From: an uncultured delta proteobacterium
GTDB lineage: Bacteria > Desulfobacterota > Binatia > HRBIN30 > BPIQ01
Length of the DNA: 64,000 nucleotides
Assembly (NCBI GenBank): GCA_963761335.1
Contig: CAVXGR010000012.1
Location: forward strand, 790,602 to 854,601
Reading direction: 5' to 3'
Below, in pieces: positions 1 to 9,573 of the stretch (position 1 is its first letter; each line of letters opens with the position of its first letter). The position numbers and the translations under genes were made by a program. Under the pieces are notes generated by a model. The model did no database searches. It had not been told where the DNA came from and saw only the letters and a program-made list of their open reading frames with translations.

Positions 1-73
1 TGCGGGACCCCTGACCTCCGTAGCCTCGGCCAGGGGAGCCAAAACGCAAACGGTGAAATGGCCAAAGTAATGA

Positions 74-886
74 CTAGCGGGCGCAGCGGAAGCCGATGAG
101 GCCGTTCGAGTCGGACGGCGGGCTGTTGGCGCCCACCTCGAGCGGACCGGCGCCGCCGAAGGAGAAGGCGGAGCCGCGCAGCAGCGCACCGGGCTCTCCC
201 GTCGTCGCCGCTCCCGCCAGGCACTGATAGTCGCCCGTCGGGCTGACGCCGGCGCTCCATGTCCCGCACCCCGTCGAGCGCGGCACCCACTCCGCCACCC
301 ACTCGATTAGGTTGCCCACCATGTCGAAAACGCCGTCTGTCGACACGCAGCTGCTGCGCGATCCGGTGGGCTCCGCCACGAGGCTGCTGTTCGTGTTGCA
401 GTCCGTCGTGCCGTTGTCCGGTCCCGGGTCCGGGCTGCCCGCCACTGCCGCCTGCCACTCCGCGTTCGACGGCAGCCGCTTGCCGGCGTTCTTGCACGCC
501 TGCTGCGCCTGGAACCAGGTGATGTACGCCGACGGTGTCACCCCCTGCAGGCTCACCGCGTAGATGTCGTACGTGCAGCCCTGCCCGGCGTCGTCGCACG
601 GCGCATAGTCATCGCTCGCGATGCCGAGCTGCGTTGCGCCGCCGCCGCTCAGGTCCGTCGCCGTCGCCTTCCCCAGCTGGATCTTCTTCACCAGCTTCTT
701 GTTTGCCCCCTGCGGATCGGGCACCCGCCACACCGTCGCCTCGTACTTGTCCATGCACACCGTCCCCGACACCCCCGCGTCGCTGCTGCACTTCACCAGC
801 GGCGTCTTCGGAAACCCCGCCATTGCCGCGCCCGCCACGCCCATCACCAGGCCGGCCACTGCTAGAATCCCAATCATGCGCTTCAT
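74..886 (-). CDS. Secreted FGE-sulfatase (SUMF1)/C-type lectin-fold protein, probable DGR target, copy 1
   Basis: Signal peptide; motifs CMDKYE, ITWFQAQQAC, KRLPSNAEW, FDMVGNL.EW, LLRG...GFRCAR. Confidence 0.85.
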   Translation of the reverse strand: MKRMIGILAVAGLVMGVAGAAMAGFPKTPLVKCSSDAGVSGTVCMDKYEATVWRVPDPQGANKKLVKKIQLGKATATDLSGGGATQLGIASDDYAPCDDAGQGCTYDIYAVSLQGVTPSAYITWFQAQQACKNAGKRLPSNAEWQAAVAGSPDPGPDNGTTDCNTNSSLVAEPTGSRSSCVSTDGVFDMVGNLIEWVAEWVPRSTGCGTWSAGVSPTGDYQCLAGAATTGEPGALLRGSAFSFGGAGPLEVGANSPPSDSNGLIGFRCAR

Positions 887-984
887 TCTCGTCTACCTCT
901 TTCGTCTGCTTGCGGCGCTGCAGATCCCGGACCCCCCGGTCCCCCCTCAGCGCTCCGTTTCCCCAGAGACCTCGACCTCGCGGC

Positions 985-1028
985 TCCCGCAGGCGGACGG
1001 GCACAAAGACGCCCGCCCACCCGCGGGA
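985..1028 (-). other. GC-rich hairpin downstream of the copy-2 stop codon (IMH-associated stem-loop or terminator candidate)
   Basis: + strand tcccgcaggcggacgggc...gcccgcccacccgcggga pairs with G-U wobbles on the - strand; the right arm recurs at bases 2-7. Confidence 0.55.
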
Positions 1029-1097
1029 CTCCTGACCTCCGTAGCCTCGGCCAGGGAGGCCGAAGCGCAAATGTCCGAATGGCCAAAGTAAAGGTGA

Positions 1098-1913
1098 CTA
1101 GCGGGCGCAGCGAAAGCCGACGTAGTAGACCGAGCCGGACGGCCAGACGAAGCCGTTCACGGCGAGCGGACCGGCGTACGAACCGTCGTTGAAGTAGCCG
1201 CCGCGCAGCAGCGCACCGGGCTCACCAGTGGTCGCCGCTCCGGCCAGGCACTGATAGTCGCCCGTCGGGCTCACTCCGGCGCCCCACGTGCCGCAGGTGG
1301 TCGAGCGCGGCACCCAGTCCGCCACCCACTCGTCCAGGTTCCCCACCATATCGAAGGCGCCGTCCGACGACACGCAGCTGCTGCGCGAGCCGGTGGGCTC
1401 CGCCACGAGGCTGCTGGCCGTGTTGCAGTCCGTCGTGCCGTTGTCCGGTCCCGGGTCCGGCGTCCCCGCCACCGCCGCCTGCCACTCCGCGTTCGACGGC
1501 AGCCGCTTCGCCGCGTTCTTGCACGCCTGCTGCGCCTGGAACCAGGTGATGTACGCCGACGGCGTCACCGACGGCAGGCTAACCGCGTAGATGTCGTTGG
1601 CGCAGTTCTGCCCGGCGTCATCGCACGGCGCGTAGTCGTCGCTCGTCGTGCCGAGCTCTATGGCGCCACCGTTGAAGAGATCGACCGCCGTCGCCTTCCC
1701 CAGCTGGATCTTCTTCACCAGCTTCTTGTTTGCCCCCTGCGGATCGGGCACCCGCCACACGCTGGCCTCGTACTTGTCCATGCACACCGTCCCCGACACC
1801 ACCGCGTCGTCGCTGCACTTCACCAGCGGCGTCTTCGGAAACCCCGCCAGCGCTGCGCCCGCCACGCCCATCACCAGGCCGGCCGCTGCTAGAATCCCAA
1901 TCATTCGCTTCAT
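1098..1913 (-). CDS. Secreted FGE-sulfatase/C-type lectin-fold protein, probable DGR target, copy 2
   Basis: Close paralog of 74..886 with the same motifs and a divergent C-terminal ~35 codons. Confidence 0.85.
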   Translation of the reverse strand: MKRMIGILAAAGLVMGVAGAALAGFPKTPLVKCSDDAVVSGTVCMDKYEASVWRVPDPQGANKKLVKKIQLGKATAVDLFNGGAIELGTTSDDYAPCDDAGQNCANDIYAVSLPSVTPSAYITWFQAQQACKNAAKRLPSNAEWQAAVAGTPDPGPDNGTTDCNTASSLVAEPTGSRSSCVSSDGAFDMVGNLDEWVADWVPRSTTCGTWGAGVSPTGDYQCLAGAATTGEPGALLRGGYFNDGSYAGPLAVNGFVWPSGSVYYVGFRCAR

Positions 1914-2220
1914 TCTCGTCTGCCTCTTTCGTCTGCTTGCGGCGCTGTAGATACCGGACCCCCCGGTCCCCCCTCAGCGCTCCGTTTCTCCAGACCAGAG
2001 CCAGCCTGTGTTGGCTCCCTTCTGAGCTCTTCAATTCTTCGAATCTTCGCCCACGGCGGGCCGAACGGCGCCGGGCGCATCGTCTCCCAGACAGCGGAAA
2101 GTGGATTCCCTGTTGGACCTTACGACAGTGCCGGCGCTGCTCGAGAGTAAGTGCTCGCCCTGCCCCGGCTAGTCGACCGGGGTGACCCGTGGCACATCAG
2201 CGGCCGAGGAGGTGACGCTG

Positions 2221-2589
2221 ATGGCGAAGGACGTAGAGGACGGAAGGGAGCTGCGACAAGCCGTGGCCCGCTTGGCGCGACGCCGGCGGACAGAGGCTGT
2301 TCCACGGCCGATCCGCAGCCGCGTGATCGAGTACGCACGGCGAGGCCGGAAGAGGGGCCGCAGCTGGCGGGAGCTGGCGCACTCGGTGGGCCTGGCTCCG
2401 TACACCGTGCAGCGCTGGGTGCGGCTCGCCGATGAGACCGGGCCGGCTGCACGGAAGCTGGTGCCGGTCCGGATCGAGCCGGAGGGGAGAGCTGGTAGCG
2501 GCGGCCTCGTGCTCGTCATGCCGACCGGCGTGCGACTGGAGGGGCTCGCCGCGGAGGACGCAGTGGCGGTGCTGCGCGGGCTCCAGTGA
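2221..2589 (+). CDS. tnpA: IS66 accessory HTH protein (TnpA-like)
   Basis: HTH-like segment, C-terminal PTGVRLEGL, overlaps the tnpB start. Confidence 0.75.
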   Translation: MAKDVEDGRELRQAVARLARRRRTEAVPRPIRSRVIEYARRGRKRGRSWRELAHSVGLAPYTVQRWVRLADETGPAARKLVPVRIEPEGRAGSGGLVLVMPTGVRLEGLAAEDAVAVLRGLQ

Positions 2590-2972
2590 TCGGCAGCACG
2601 CGCAACCTGCGAGTGTGGGCGTATGCAGCGCCCGCCGACCTGCGCAAGGGCTTCGACGGCCTGAGCGGACTTGTGGCAGGCGAGCTCGGCCGCGACGTGC
2701 TCTCCGGGGACTGCTTTCTCTTCGTGTCGCGGAGTCGCCGCAGCGCCAAGGTTCTCGTCTGGGACGGCACCGGGCTCGTCATCTACCACAAGCGACTGGA
2801 GCAGGGACGCTTCCCCTCGCTGTGGGTCGAGGCGGTATCGGCGCCGGTGGTGCTCACGGTGACGGAGCTGACGCTCTTCCTCGAGGGGTGCCGGATGGTC
2901 ACCCGCGTGCCGCTCTCGCCCCCGCCCTTCGAGCTGCCCGGCCGGCGGCAGACAGGTGATCGGCGTAGTTAG
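2586..2972 (+). CDS. tnpB: IS66 accessory protein TnpB
   Basis: DLRKGFDGL, KVLVWDGTGL, KRLEQGRF. Confidence 0.92.
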   Translation: MIGSTRNLRVWAYAAPADLRKGFDGLSGLVAGELGRDVLSGDCFLFVSRSRRSAKVLVWDGTGLVIYHKRLEQGRFPSLWVEAVSAPVVLTVTELTLFLEGCRMVTRVPLSPPPFELPGRRQTGDRRS

Positions 2973-3020
2973 ACATAAGTAACTATTGCATTATCTAAGT
3001 GGATGGTGTATATACGCTCC

Positions 3021-4538
3021 ATGGTGGACATCGAGCGGGAGACCAACATCGAGCGGCTACGCGAGATGGCGCGCCTTCTCGACCGCGAGAACATGCGGCT
3101 CCACGCCCGGCTCCTGGAGCTCACCCGAAAGCTCGCCGAGGCCCGCGGCGAGGTCGCCACCCAGCTGCAGCTGGAGATCAGCGCTCTGCAGCAAACGCTC
3201 GACGCTCGCAACCAGGCGCTCTTCGGCCGCTCCTCCGAGAAGCGGCCGTCGCCGCCGGCGGAGAAGGCGAACGCAGAGGCGACCACCGCACCCACGCGCG
3301 GCCACGGCCCCACGGCGCAGCCCTCGCTGCCGATCATGGAGGAGATCCATCACCTCGACGAGCCCGACCGCGCCTGCCCCAAGTGTGGCGGCGCGCTTGC
3401 CGAGTGGGACGGGCAGTTCGAGGAGGCGGAGGAGGTCGACGTCGTCGAGCGCTCCTTCCGCATTGTCCGACACCGCCGGCAGAAGTACCGCTGCGCCTGT
3501 GGCTGCATTGAGACGGCGTTGGGCCCGCAGAAGCTCATCGAGGGCGGCCGCTACTCGGTGGGGTTCGCCGTGGAGGTGGCCGTCTCCAAGTACACCGATC
3601 ACCTGCCCTTGGCGCGCCAGGTGCGGCAGATGGCGCGAGCGGGGCTCACCGTCGGCACCCAGGCGCTGTGGGACCAGATCTTCGCCCTCTCGCGCCATCT
3701 GGAGCCCACCTACAAGGCCTTGCGGCACTATGTGCTCGGGGCGCCGGTGGTCGGCGCCGACGAGACCACCTGGCAGCTCATGGACGGCAAGAGCTCGGGG
3801 AAGTGGTGGGTGTGGGCGGTGACCCGGCCCGACGCTGTCTTCTACCAGATTCTCTCCTCGCGTTCGGCACAGGCGGCGGGCACCGTGCTCGGCGGGTTCC
3901 ACGGCATCGTGGTCGCCGACGGGTACAGTGCCTACCGCGCGCTGCAGAAGCAGACGCGGGACGGGGACGGCGTACCGGACTTCGATCTCGCCTGCTGCTG
4001 GGCCCACTGCCGGAGGAAATTCGTTGAGGCGGAGCCGCACTATCCGCAGGCGACTCAGGCGATCGACTTGATCCGCGGGCTCTACCGGATCGAGGAGCGC
4101 GGCCGAGAGTCGGGCGATCCGGCCAAGCTCCTGGAGCTGCGCCGCACGGACTCGGCGAAGCTGATGGAGGCGATACGACTCTGGCTGGTCGAGCAGGCGA
4201 AGACGGCGCTGCCGCAATCGAGTCTCGGCAAGGCGATCGGCTACGCGCAGAGCCTCTGGCCCGGGTTCACGCGATTTCTCGGAAACTCGCAAATTCCCCT
4301 TGACAACAATGGGACTGAGAGAGTCCTCCGGGGTGTGGCCGTCGGAAGAAAAAATCACTACGGCTCCCGGTCGATCCGGGGAACCGAGGTGGCGGCGCTC
4401 TTCTACAGCCTGATCGAGTCGGCGAAGCTCAGCGGCATCGAGCCGGCGTACTACCTGCGCGAGGCAACTGCCCGGGCGATCACCAACCCGGGCACTGTCA
4501 CCCTCCCGGTCGATATCTGCACGGCGGACACGACATAG
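3021..4538 (+). CDS. tnpC: IS66 transposase TnpC
   Basis: FGRSSEK, CPKCG zinc ribbon, ADET, DGYSAY, CWAHCRRKF, DNNGTER. Confidence 0.95.
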   Translation: MVDIERETNIERLREMARLLDRENMRLHARLLELTRKLAEARGEVATQLQLEISALQQTLDARNQALFGRSSEKRPSPPAEKANAEATTAPTRGHGPTAQPSLPIMEEIHHLDEPDRACPKCGGALAEWDGQFEEAEEVDVVERSFRIVRHRRQKYRCACGCIETALGPQKLIEGGRYSVGFAVEVAVSKYTDHLPLARQVRQMARAGLTVGTQALWDQIFALSRHLEPTYKALRHYVLGAPVVGADETTWQLMDGKSSGKWWVWAVTRPDAVFYQILSSRSAQAAGTVLGGFHGIVVADGYSAYRALQKQTRDGDGVPDFDLACCWAHCRRKFVEAEPHYPQATQAIDLIRGLYRIEERGRESGDPAKLLELRRTDSAKLMEAIRLWLVEQAKTALPQSSLGKAIGYAQSLWPGFTRFLGNSQIPLDNNGTERVLRGVAVGRKNHYGSRSIRGTEVAALFYSLIESAKLSGIEPAYYLREATARAITNPGTVTLPVDICTADTT

Positions 4539-5513
4539 TCCGCGGCCACGCCTCCGCTCCCGCCGCCGCACCACCACGGATGCTGAGTTAGCCTGCTATC
4601 GCATCGTCGCGCCATACGGGGCGCGCTCGAGATCGGCGGGCTAGGTGAAAGGGGTGAGATGGGCCAGACGGTCGCTGGCCCGCGCTTGGCGGAGGCAATC
4701 GCCGCGGCAACCACCGGGCTCGGCGGCCCTTGCTGCGGCGTGATGCAATTCGAGCGTGAAAAGACGGCCTCGCGCCGGCGGAGCCGTCGGCGAAGCCTCA
4801 TGGGGGGCGAGGCGGGAAAGAGGCGGGATCGAGAAGGGAGCGTTGGTTCGCTCTCTCTGCGGCGGGCCCCGTTCGTTGGCGCTCGCCTGCGTGAGCCTTC
4901 CGCACGACCCAAGATCAGCCGGCGCGACCCATAGCGACGGAGCTTCCCTCGGCTCCAGTGACCTCATGCCCGCAGGTCTTGCGCCGGCCGAATTCCTTTC
5001 GGCACTGGCCCCCGCGCCCTCGCCTTCGAGCCCCGGGGCGAGCTTGCGACCATGACTCCGACCTCGCCCTGGCGACTGGGGCAGGGACTCGGGGCCCTCG
5101 CCTTGGCCGCCAACGACCGTCCCTTTGCCGCGCCCATGTCGAAGCGTGCGAGCACCGACGGCGCGTGCCCACGAGGCCACGCCTCCGAGGCAGGCGAAGC
5201 AGAGGAGCGACAAGAAGACGAAGCCAACCACCCAGAAGCGAGGCACCTCGCCGCTTCGCAGGACGCCCTCGGTCACGCGCCTCGTGCCGTTGTAGCGCCT
5301 GCGAGTCAAAGCTCGCCCTAGGGCCGATTGTGGAACTCTTGGTGCCATGATCAAAGCTTGCGAATAGGAACTTATACTGCACGGTCCTTTGTAAATGCAA
5401 TTAGGGAAAGCCCCTATAGCCGATTCAGTGTTCCTCCGTAGGCCCGCAAGTCTCACAAGCGAAACAGGCCCGACTGCTTGCGAATTGACCAGCGCGATTG
5501 GTGGTCATTGTGT

Positions 5514-5913
5514 CAAGCAACAGGCAGACGACGCCGTCGAGGCGGTCTGGGGCCACACAGCGCCGGGCGCCGCAGCGGCACCCGCTGATGACACGGCGCC
5601 AGGGGACACAATCGCGCCGGATGATGACGCAGGCGGCGGCTGGCTCTCCTCCGCTGAGACCTGGCTCGACTTCCACGACGACACGCCCCGTCCTCGGAGG
5701 CAACGCCGCTGCCCATTCATTCAGGCCGTGCTGGCTCGTTAGGCAGCCGAAGCCGTCCGCTGTCTGACCACGCTCACAGGAAGCCGTGGGGCGCACTTGG
5801 GTACGCGACTTGCTCTACAATGCCTGCGAATTGGTCAATCCAGTTGCAGATTCTACCGGTCGCGAATGTCGTCAAAGCCTACGTTGGGGATGGGGGGGCC
5901 CGGTTCGCGAAGC
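5514..5913 (+). repeat. Degenerate, deletion-collapsed duplicate of 10912..11038, 11374..11433 and 13724..13946
   Basis: Three collinear blocks aligned by eye. Confidence 0.9.
5799..5814 (+). promoter_or_regulatory. Putative sigma54 promoter
   Basis: GG-TACGCGACTT-GCT (GG-N10-GC), identical core to 13834..13847. Confidence 0.5.
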
Positions 5914-6016
5914 GGAGAAGGCCCATTCTGCTCCGTCCCAGAAGCTCCTCCTTGAAAGGCGTACCGTCGACATCCGACATCGCCGGCGGCCTGCGATTGA
6001 GCGGAGGGCGCGAGGC

Positions 6017-6745
6017 ATGACCTACTGCATCGGTGTACTGCTGGACGAGGGGATGATCTTCGCCTCGGACTCCCGCACGAATGCCGGCGTCGACAACATC
6101 GGCAAGTTCTGCAAGATGACGGTGTTCGAACGGCGCGGTGATCGCGTCCTCGTCTTGTTGAGCTCCGGAAATCTCGCCGGAACGCAGGCCGTGATCGGCG
6201 TGTTGAATCAGCGCTGTATCGACAACGCCGCGTCCCCCAATCTCTGGAGCGCCCGGACCATGTTCGACGCCGCCATGCTGGTCGCCGACGCGATGCGCGA
6301 TATCGAGCGCCGCGACGGTCAGTACATGCGAGAGAACCCGGCCGGATTCAACGCCTCGTTCATCGTCGGTGGGCAGATCAGCGGCGAGCCGTTGCGGCTG
6401 TTCCGCATCTATGCCGAGGGCAATTTCATCGAGGCGGGTGTCGACACACCGTACTTTCAGACAGGTGAAACCAAGTACGGCAAGCCGATCATCGACCGCG
6501 TGATTACCCGCGCTACGCCCCTCAACGAGGCCACCAAGTGCGTGCTGGTGTCGTTCGATTCCACCATGCGCAGCAACCTGTCGGTGGGCATGCCGATCGA
6601 CCTCCTTTGCTACGAGCGCGACTGTCTGGAAGTGAGGCGGAGGCGCCGATTCGACGATGGAGATGCCTATTTCACTGCACTGAGCCAAAACTGGAGTGAA
6701 GGCACGCGCCAGGTCTTTCGCCAGTTGCCCGAGCTGCAGTGGTGA
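6017..6745 (+). CDS. Proteasome-type protease (Anbu family, Ntn hydrolase)
   Basis: MTYC N-terminal Thr, ASDSRTNAGVD, SSGNLA, GETKYGKPI, STMRSNLSVG. Confidence 0.9.
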   Translation: MTYCIGVLLDEGMIFASDSRTNAGVDNIGKFCKMTVFERRGDRVLVLLSSGNLAGTQAVIGVLNQRCIDNAASPNLWSARTMFDAAMLVADAMRDIERRDGQYMRENPAGFNASFIVGGQISGEPLRLFRIYAEGNFIEAGVDTPYFQTGETKYGKPIIDRVITRATPLNEATKCVLVSFDSTMRSNLSVGMPIDLLCYERDCLEVRRRRRFDDGDAYFTALSQNWSEGTRQVFRQLPELQW

Positions 6746-6751
6746 CCGGCC

Positions 6752-7564
6752 GTGGCGATCGACGCCTTCATGATCACCTGCGAGCACGGCGGCAACGCCA
6801 TACCAGCGCCGTATCGACGGCTGTTTCGGGGGCGACGAGCTCTCCTCGACTCCCATCGCGGCTACGATCCGGGGGCGCGGGTCATGGCGAAGGAGCTGGC
6901 CAAGGCCTTCGGGGCGCCGCTGGTGACCTCGACCGTCAGCCGCCTGCTTGTCGACCTCAACCGCTCGATCGGTCATCCACGACTCTTCTCGGCGGCGACG
7001 CGCGGCGCACCCGCGAACCTCCGTGCACAGATCCTCGAGCAACACTACCGGCCCTATCGCGCACATATCGAGCATCTCGTCAGGCGATCGGTACTGTGCG
7101 GCCGGCACCTGATCCACATTTCGTCGCACAGCTTCACGCCGGAGCTGGCCGGCAAGGAGCGAGCTGCCGACGTGGGCTTACTCTATCACCCCGCTCGGCA
7201 CCGGGAGGCCGAGCTGTGCGCTCGCTGGAAGGCATCGCTTGCGGCATTCGCTCCGGAGCTGCGGGTGCGCCGCAATTACCCGTATGCCGGCAAAGGCGAC
7301 GGGCTCACCTCGCACTTGCGCCGGCGTTTCCCGCGCCGCGCCTACGTCGGGATTGAGCTGGAGGTCAACCAGAAGATTGTCCTCGCCCCGGGCCGCCGCT
7401 GGACGGCGCTTCGCGGCGTGCTGATCGCTTCGTTGCGCGCGGCATGCACTGCCGGAGATTTCCATCCTGAATACGCATGGCCGGGAGACGCCGCCGGATT
7501 CAATTCAACCACCTACACCGCCAGGCGTGCGCGACCCTACGTGGCGGATAGCGGAGACCCATGA
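6752..7564 (+). CDS. N-formylglutamate amidohydrolase family protein
   Basis: TCEHGGN, HRGYDPGA, SRLLVDLNR, HSFTP, NYPY. Confidence 0.85.
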   Translation: MAIDAFMITCEHGGNAIPAPYRRLFRGRRALLDSHRGYDPGARVMAKELAKAFGAPLVTSTVSRLLVDLNRSIGHPRLFSAATRGAPANLRAQILEQHYRPYRAHIEHLVRRSVLCGRHLIHISSHSFTPELAGKERAADVGLLYHPARHREAELCARWKASLAAFAPELRVRRNYPYAGKGDGLTSHLRRRFPRRAYVGIELEVNQKIVLAPGRRWTALRGVLIASLRAACTAGDFHPEYAWPGDAAGFNSTTYTARRARPYVADSGDP

Positions 7565-8376
7565 TGCAAATTCGCGTCGGCTTCGAAATGATCTACGACT
7601 GCCCGCAGCCAACCCCGATGATATTCAACGTCAACGTCCACTTCTCTCGCGTGTCGGATCTCGTCGGCCGCGACGACCTGATGGTCGACCCGCCGGTCCC
7701 GATGGCAGGCTATCGTGACAGCTTTGGCAACTGGTGCACGCGCATCGTTGCGCCGATGGGTCGCACACGCGTCGCCACCGACGCGATCGTGAACGACACC
7801 GGAGCCCCCGACGAGATCGTTCCTCAGGCGCAACAGGTTCCCGTGCAGAAGCTGCCCGAGGAAACGCTACTCTTCCTGCTGGGGAGCCGGTATTGCGAGA
7901 CCGATCGGCTGTCCGAGAAGGCGTGGAGTCTCTTTGGTCAGGGGCCGAGCGGCTGGGGCCGCGTTCAGGCAATCTGCGACTATGTCCATCGACATATCGC
8001 ATTCGGCTACGAGCACGCACGCATGACACGGACGGCGCTGGAAGCGTTTCACGACAGGACGGGGGTCTGCCGCGACTATGCGCACCTCGCCGTTGCCTTC
8101 TGTCGGTGCATGAACATCCCGGCGCGCTACTGCACCGGCTACCTGGGTGACATCGGGGTGCCGCCGCCGCACGGCACGATGGACTTCGCGGCGTGGTTCG
8201 AGGCCTTTCTCGACGGCCATTGGTACACATTTGATGCCCGCAACAACACGCCGCGCATCGGCAGGGTGCTGATCGCGCGCGGCCGCGACGCTTCCGATGT
8301 TGCGATCAGCAGCACGTTCGGTCCCAACACATTGACGAGTTTCCGGGTATGGACCGACGAAATGCGTCCCGCTTGA
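7561..8376 (+). CDS. Transglutaminase-like family protein
   Basis: SRYCETD, GVCRDYAHL, ARYCTGYLGD, FAAWFE, GRDASDV. Confidence 0.9.
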   Translation: MMQIRVGFEMIYDCPQPTPMIFNVNVHFSRVSDLVGRDDLMVDPPVPMAGYRDSFGNWCTRIVAPMGRTRVATDAIVNDTGAPDEIVPQAQQVPVQKLPEETLLFLLGSRYCETDRLSEKAWSLFGQGPSGWGRVQAICDYVHRHIAFGYEHARMTRTALEAFHDRTGVCRDYAHLAVAFCRCMNIPARYCTGYLGDIGVPPPHGTMDFAAWFEAFLDGHWYTFDARNNTPRIGRVLIARGRDASDVAISSTFGPNTLTSFRVWTDEMRPA

Positions 8377-8425
8377 GTCGACCGGGATCTTCTTCCTGAC
8401 GCCCTGAGCCGCGGCGAGAAGCCGT

Positions 8426-9559
8426 TCAGCGTGCCGGTTGCAGGCCCATCTCCGCCACCGTCTCGCGCACCATCGCCAGCAGACAGCGCACGTCGGCCTC
8501 GAACAGCCGGCCGATGGTGCCGATCCGGAAGCAGTCGGCCCGGCTCACCTTGCCGGGATAGATGACCATCCCCTTCCGACTGAGGCGCGCGTAGAACTGC
8601 TCGAAGTCGAACCGCGGATCTTCGGGGTAACGGAAGGAGGTGATGATGTAGCCCTGATCTCGAGGCTCGAGAAGCTCCGCGAACCCGAGGGCGCGCATGC
8701 CGTCGACCAGGGTGGCATGATTGGCCCGATAGCGCGCCGCGCGAGCCGTAACCCCGCCTTCGTCTTCCAGCTCGCGGAGCGCCTGGTCGAGCGCCAGAAG
8801 CACGTGCGTGGGCGGTGTGAAGCGGAACTGGCCGTTGGTTTCCAGACCCCGCCACTGCGCCAGCAGATCGAGACTGAGGCTGCGCGCAAACCCCTCCGTG
8901 GCAAGCAGTGCATCCCGCCGTGCCAGGACCAAGGCGATGCCGGGAACACCCTCGAGGCACTTGTTCGCCGAGGCAATCAGGAAGTCGATGCCGCTCGCCG
9001 GGGGATCGATCGGCACCGCGCCGAAGCTGCTCATGGCGTCGACACAGAAGACCAGGCCGAAGCCCCGGACGACGCGCCCGATGGCGTCGATCGGGTTGAT
9101 GATGCCGGTCGTGGTCTCGCAGTGCACCATCACCACGTTGGTGATGCGCGCCTCGCGGGCCAGCACCGCCGCGACCTCCTCGGGCACCGGCGTCGTGTCC
9201 TCGGCGCAGCGCAGGACCGTGTGCTCGAGCCTCAGCACGGCCGCCATCTGTGCGATGCGCTCGCCGTAGGCGCCGTTGGCGACGACCAGCAGCTTGCCGT
9301 CCGGCGGCACGGTGGACGACACGACCGCTTCCACCGCGAAGGTGCCGCTGCCCTGTATCAACACGGCTTCGTAACCGGCCTCCGCGGAGACTCCGCCGAC
9401 GACCAGGAGGCGTTTGCGGACGCTGCGCACCAGCTCGATGAACTCCGCATCCCTCGAGCCGAGGTCCCGCAACATTGCCAGCTTGACCGTGCGACTCGTG
9501 GTCAGCGGGCCCGGCGTGAACAGAAGCTTGTCCTTGGCTGGATTGGGCGATCGTTCCAC
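8426..9559 (-). CDS. phnW: 2-aminoethylphosphonate--pyruvate transaminase
   Basis: [48 protein letters not shown]. Confidence 0.9.
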   Translation of the reverse strand: MERSPNPAKDKLLFTPGPLTTSRTVKLAMLRDLGSRDAEFIELVRSVRKRLLVVGGVSAEAGYEAVLIQGSGTFAVEAVVSSTVPPDGKLLVVANGAYGERIAQMAAVLRLEHTVLRCAEDTTPVPEEVAAVLAREARITNVVMVHCETTTGIINPIDAIGRVVRGFGLVFCVDAMSSFGAVPIDPPASGIDFLIASANKCLEGVPGIALVLARRDALLATEGFARSLSLDLLAQWRGLETNGQFRFTPPTHVLLALDQALRELEDEGGVTARAARYRANHATLVDGMRALGFAELLEPRDQGYIITSFRYPEDPRFDFEQFYARLSRKGMVIYPGKVSRADCFRIGTIGRLFEADVRCLLAMVRETVAEMGLQPAR

Positions 9560-9573
9560 CGGGTGGTCCCCTT

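Larger units (their letters stand above)
1..1995. repeat. Tandem ~1.02 kb duplication (gene plus flanks)
   Basis: 1..73 resembles 1022..1097; 887..967 resembles 1914..1994. Confidence 0.9.
2147..4580 (+). mobile_element. IS66-family insertion sequence; right end not identified
   Basis: GTAAG left end at 2147; tnpA-tnpB-tnpC order; no matching CTTAC right end seen. Confidence 0.85.

Noticed and set aside
4539..4640. IS66 right inverted repeat and target duplication
   Set aside because: No reverse-complement match to GTAAGTGCTCG found
4641..5456. 271-aa ORF and overlapping ORFs after IS66
   Set aside because: No recognisable motifs; likely degraded or non-coding
1995..5500. DGR template repeat or reverse transcriptase near the CLec genes
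   Set aside because: No AAC-rich copy of the variable region and no RT motif found by eye anywhere in the window
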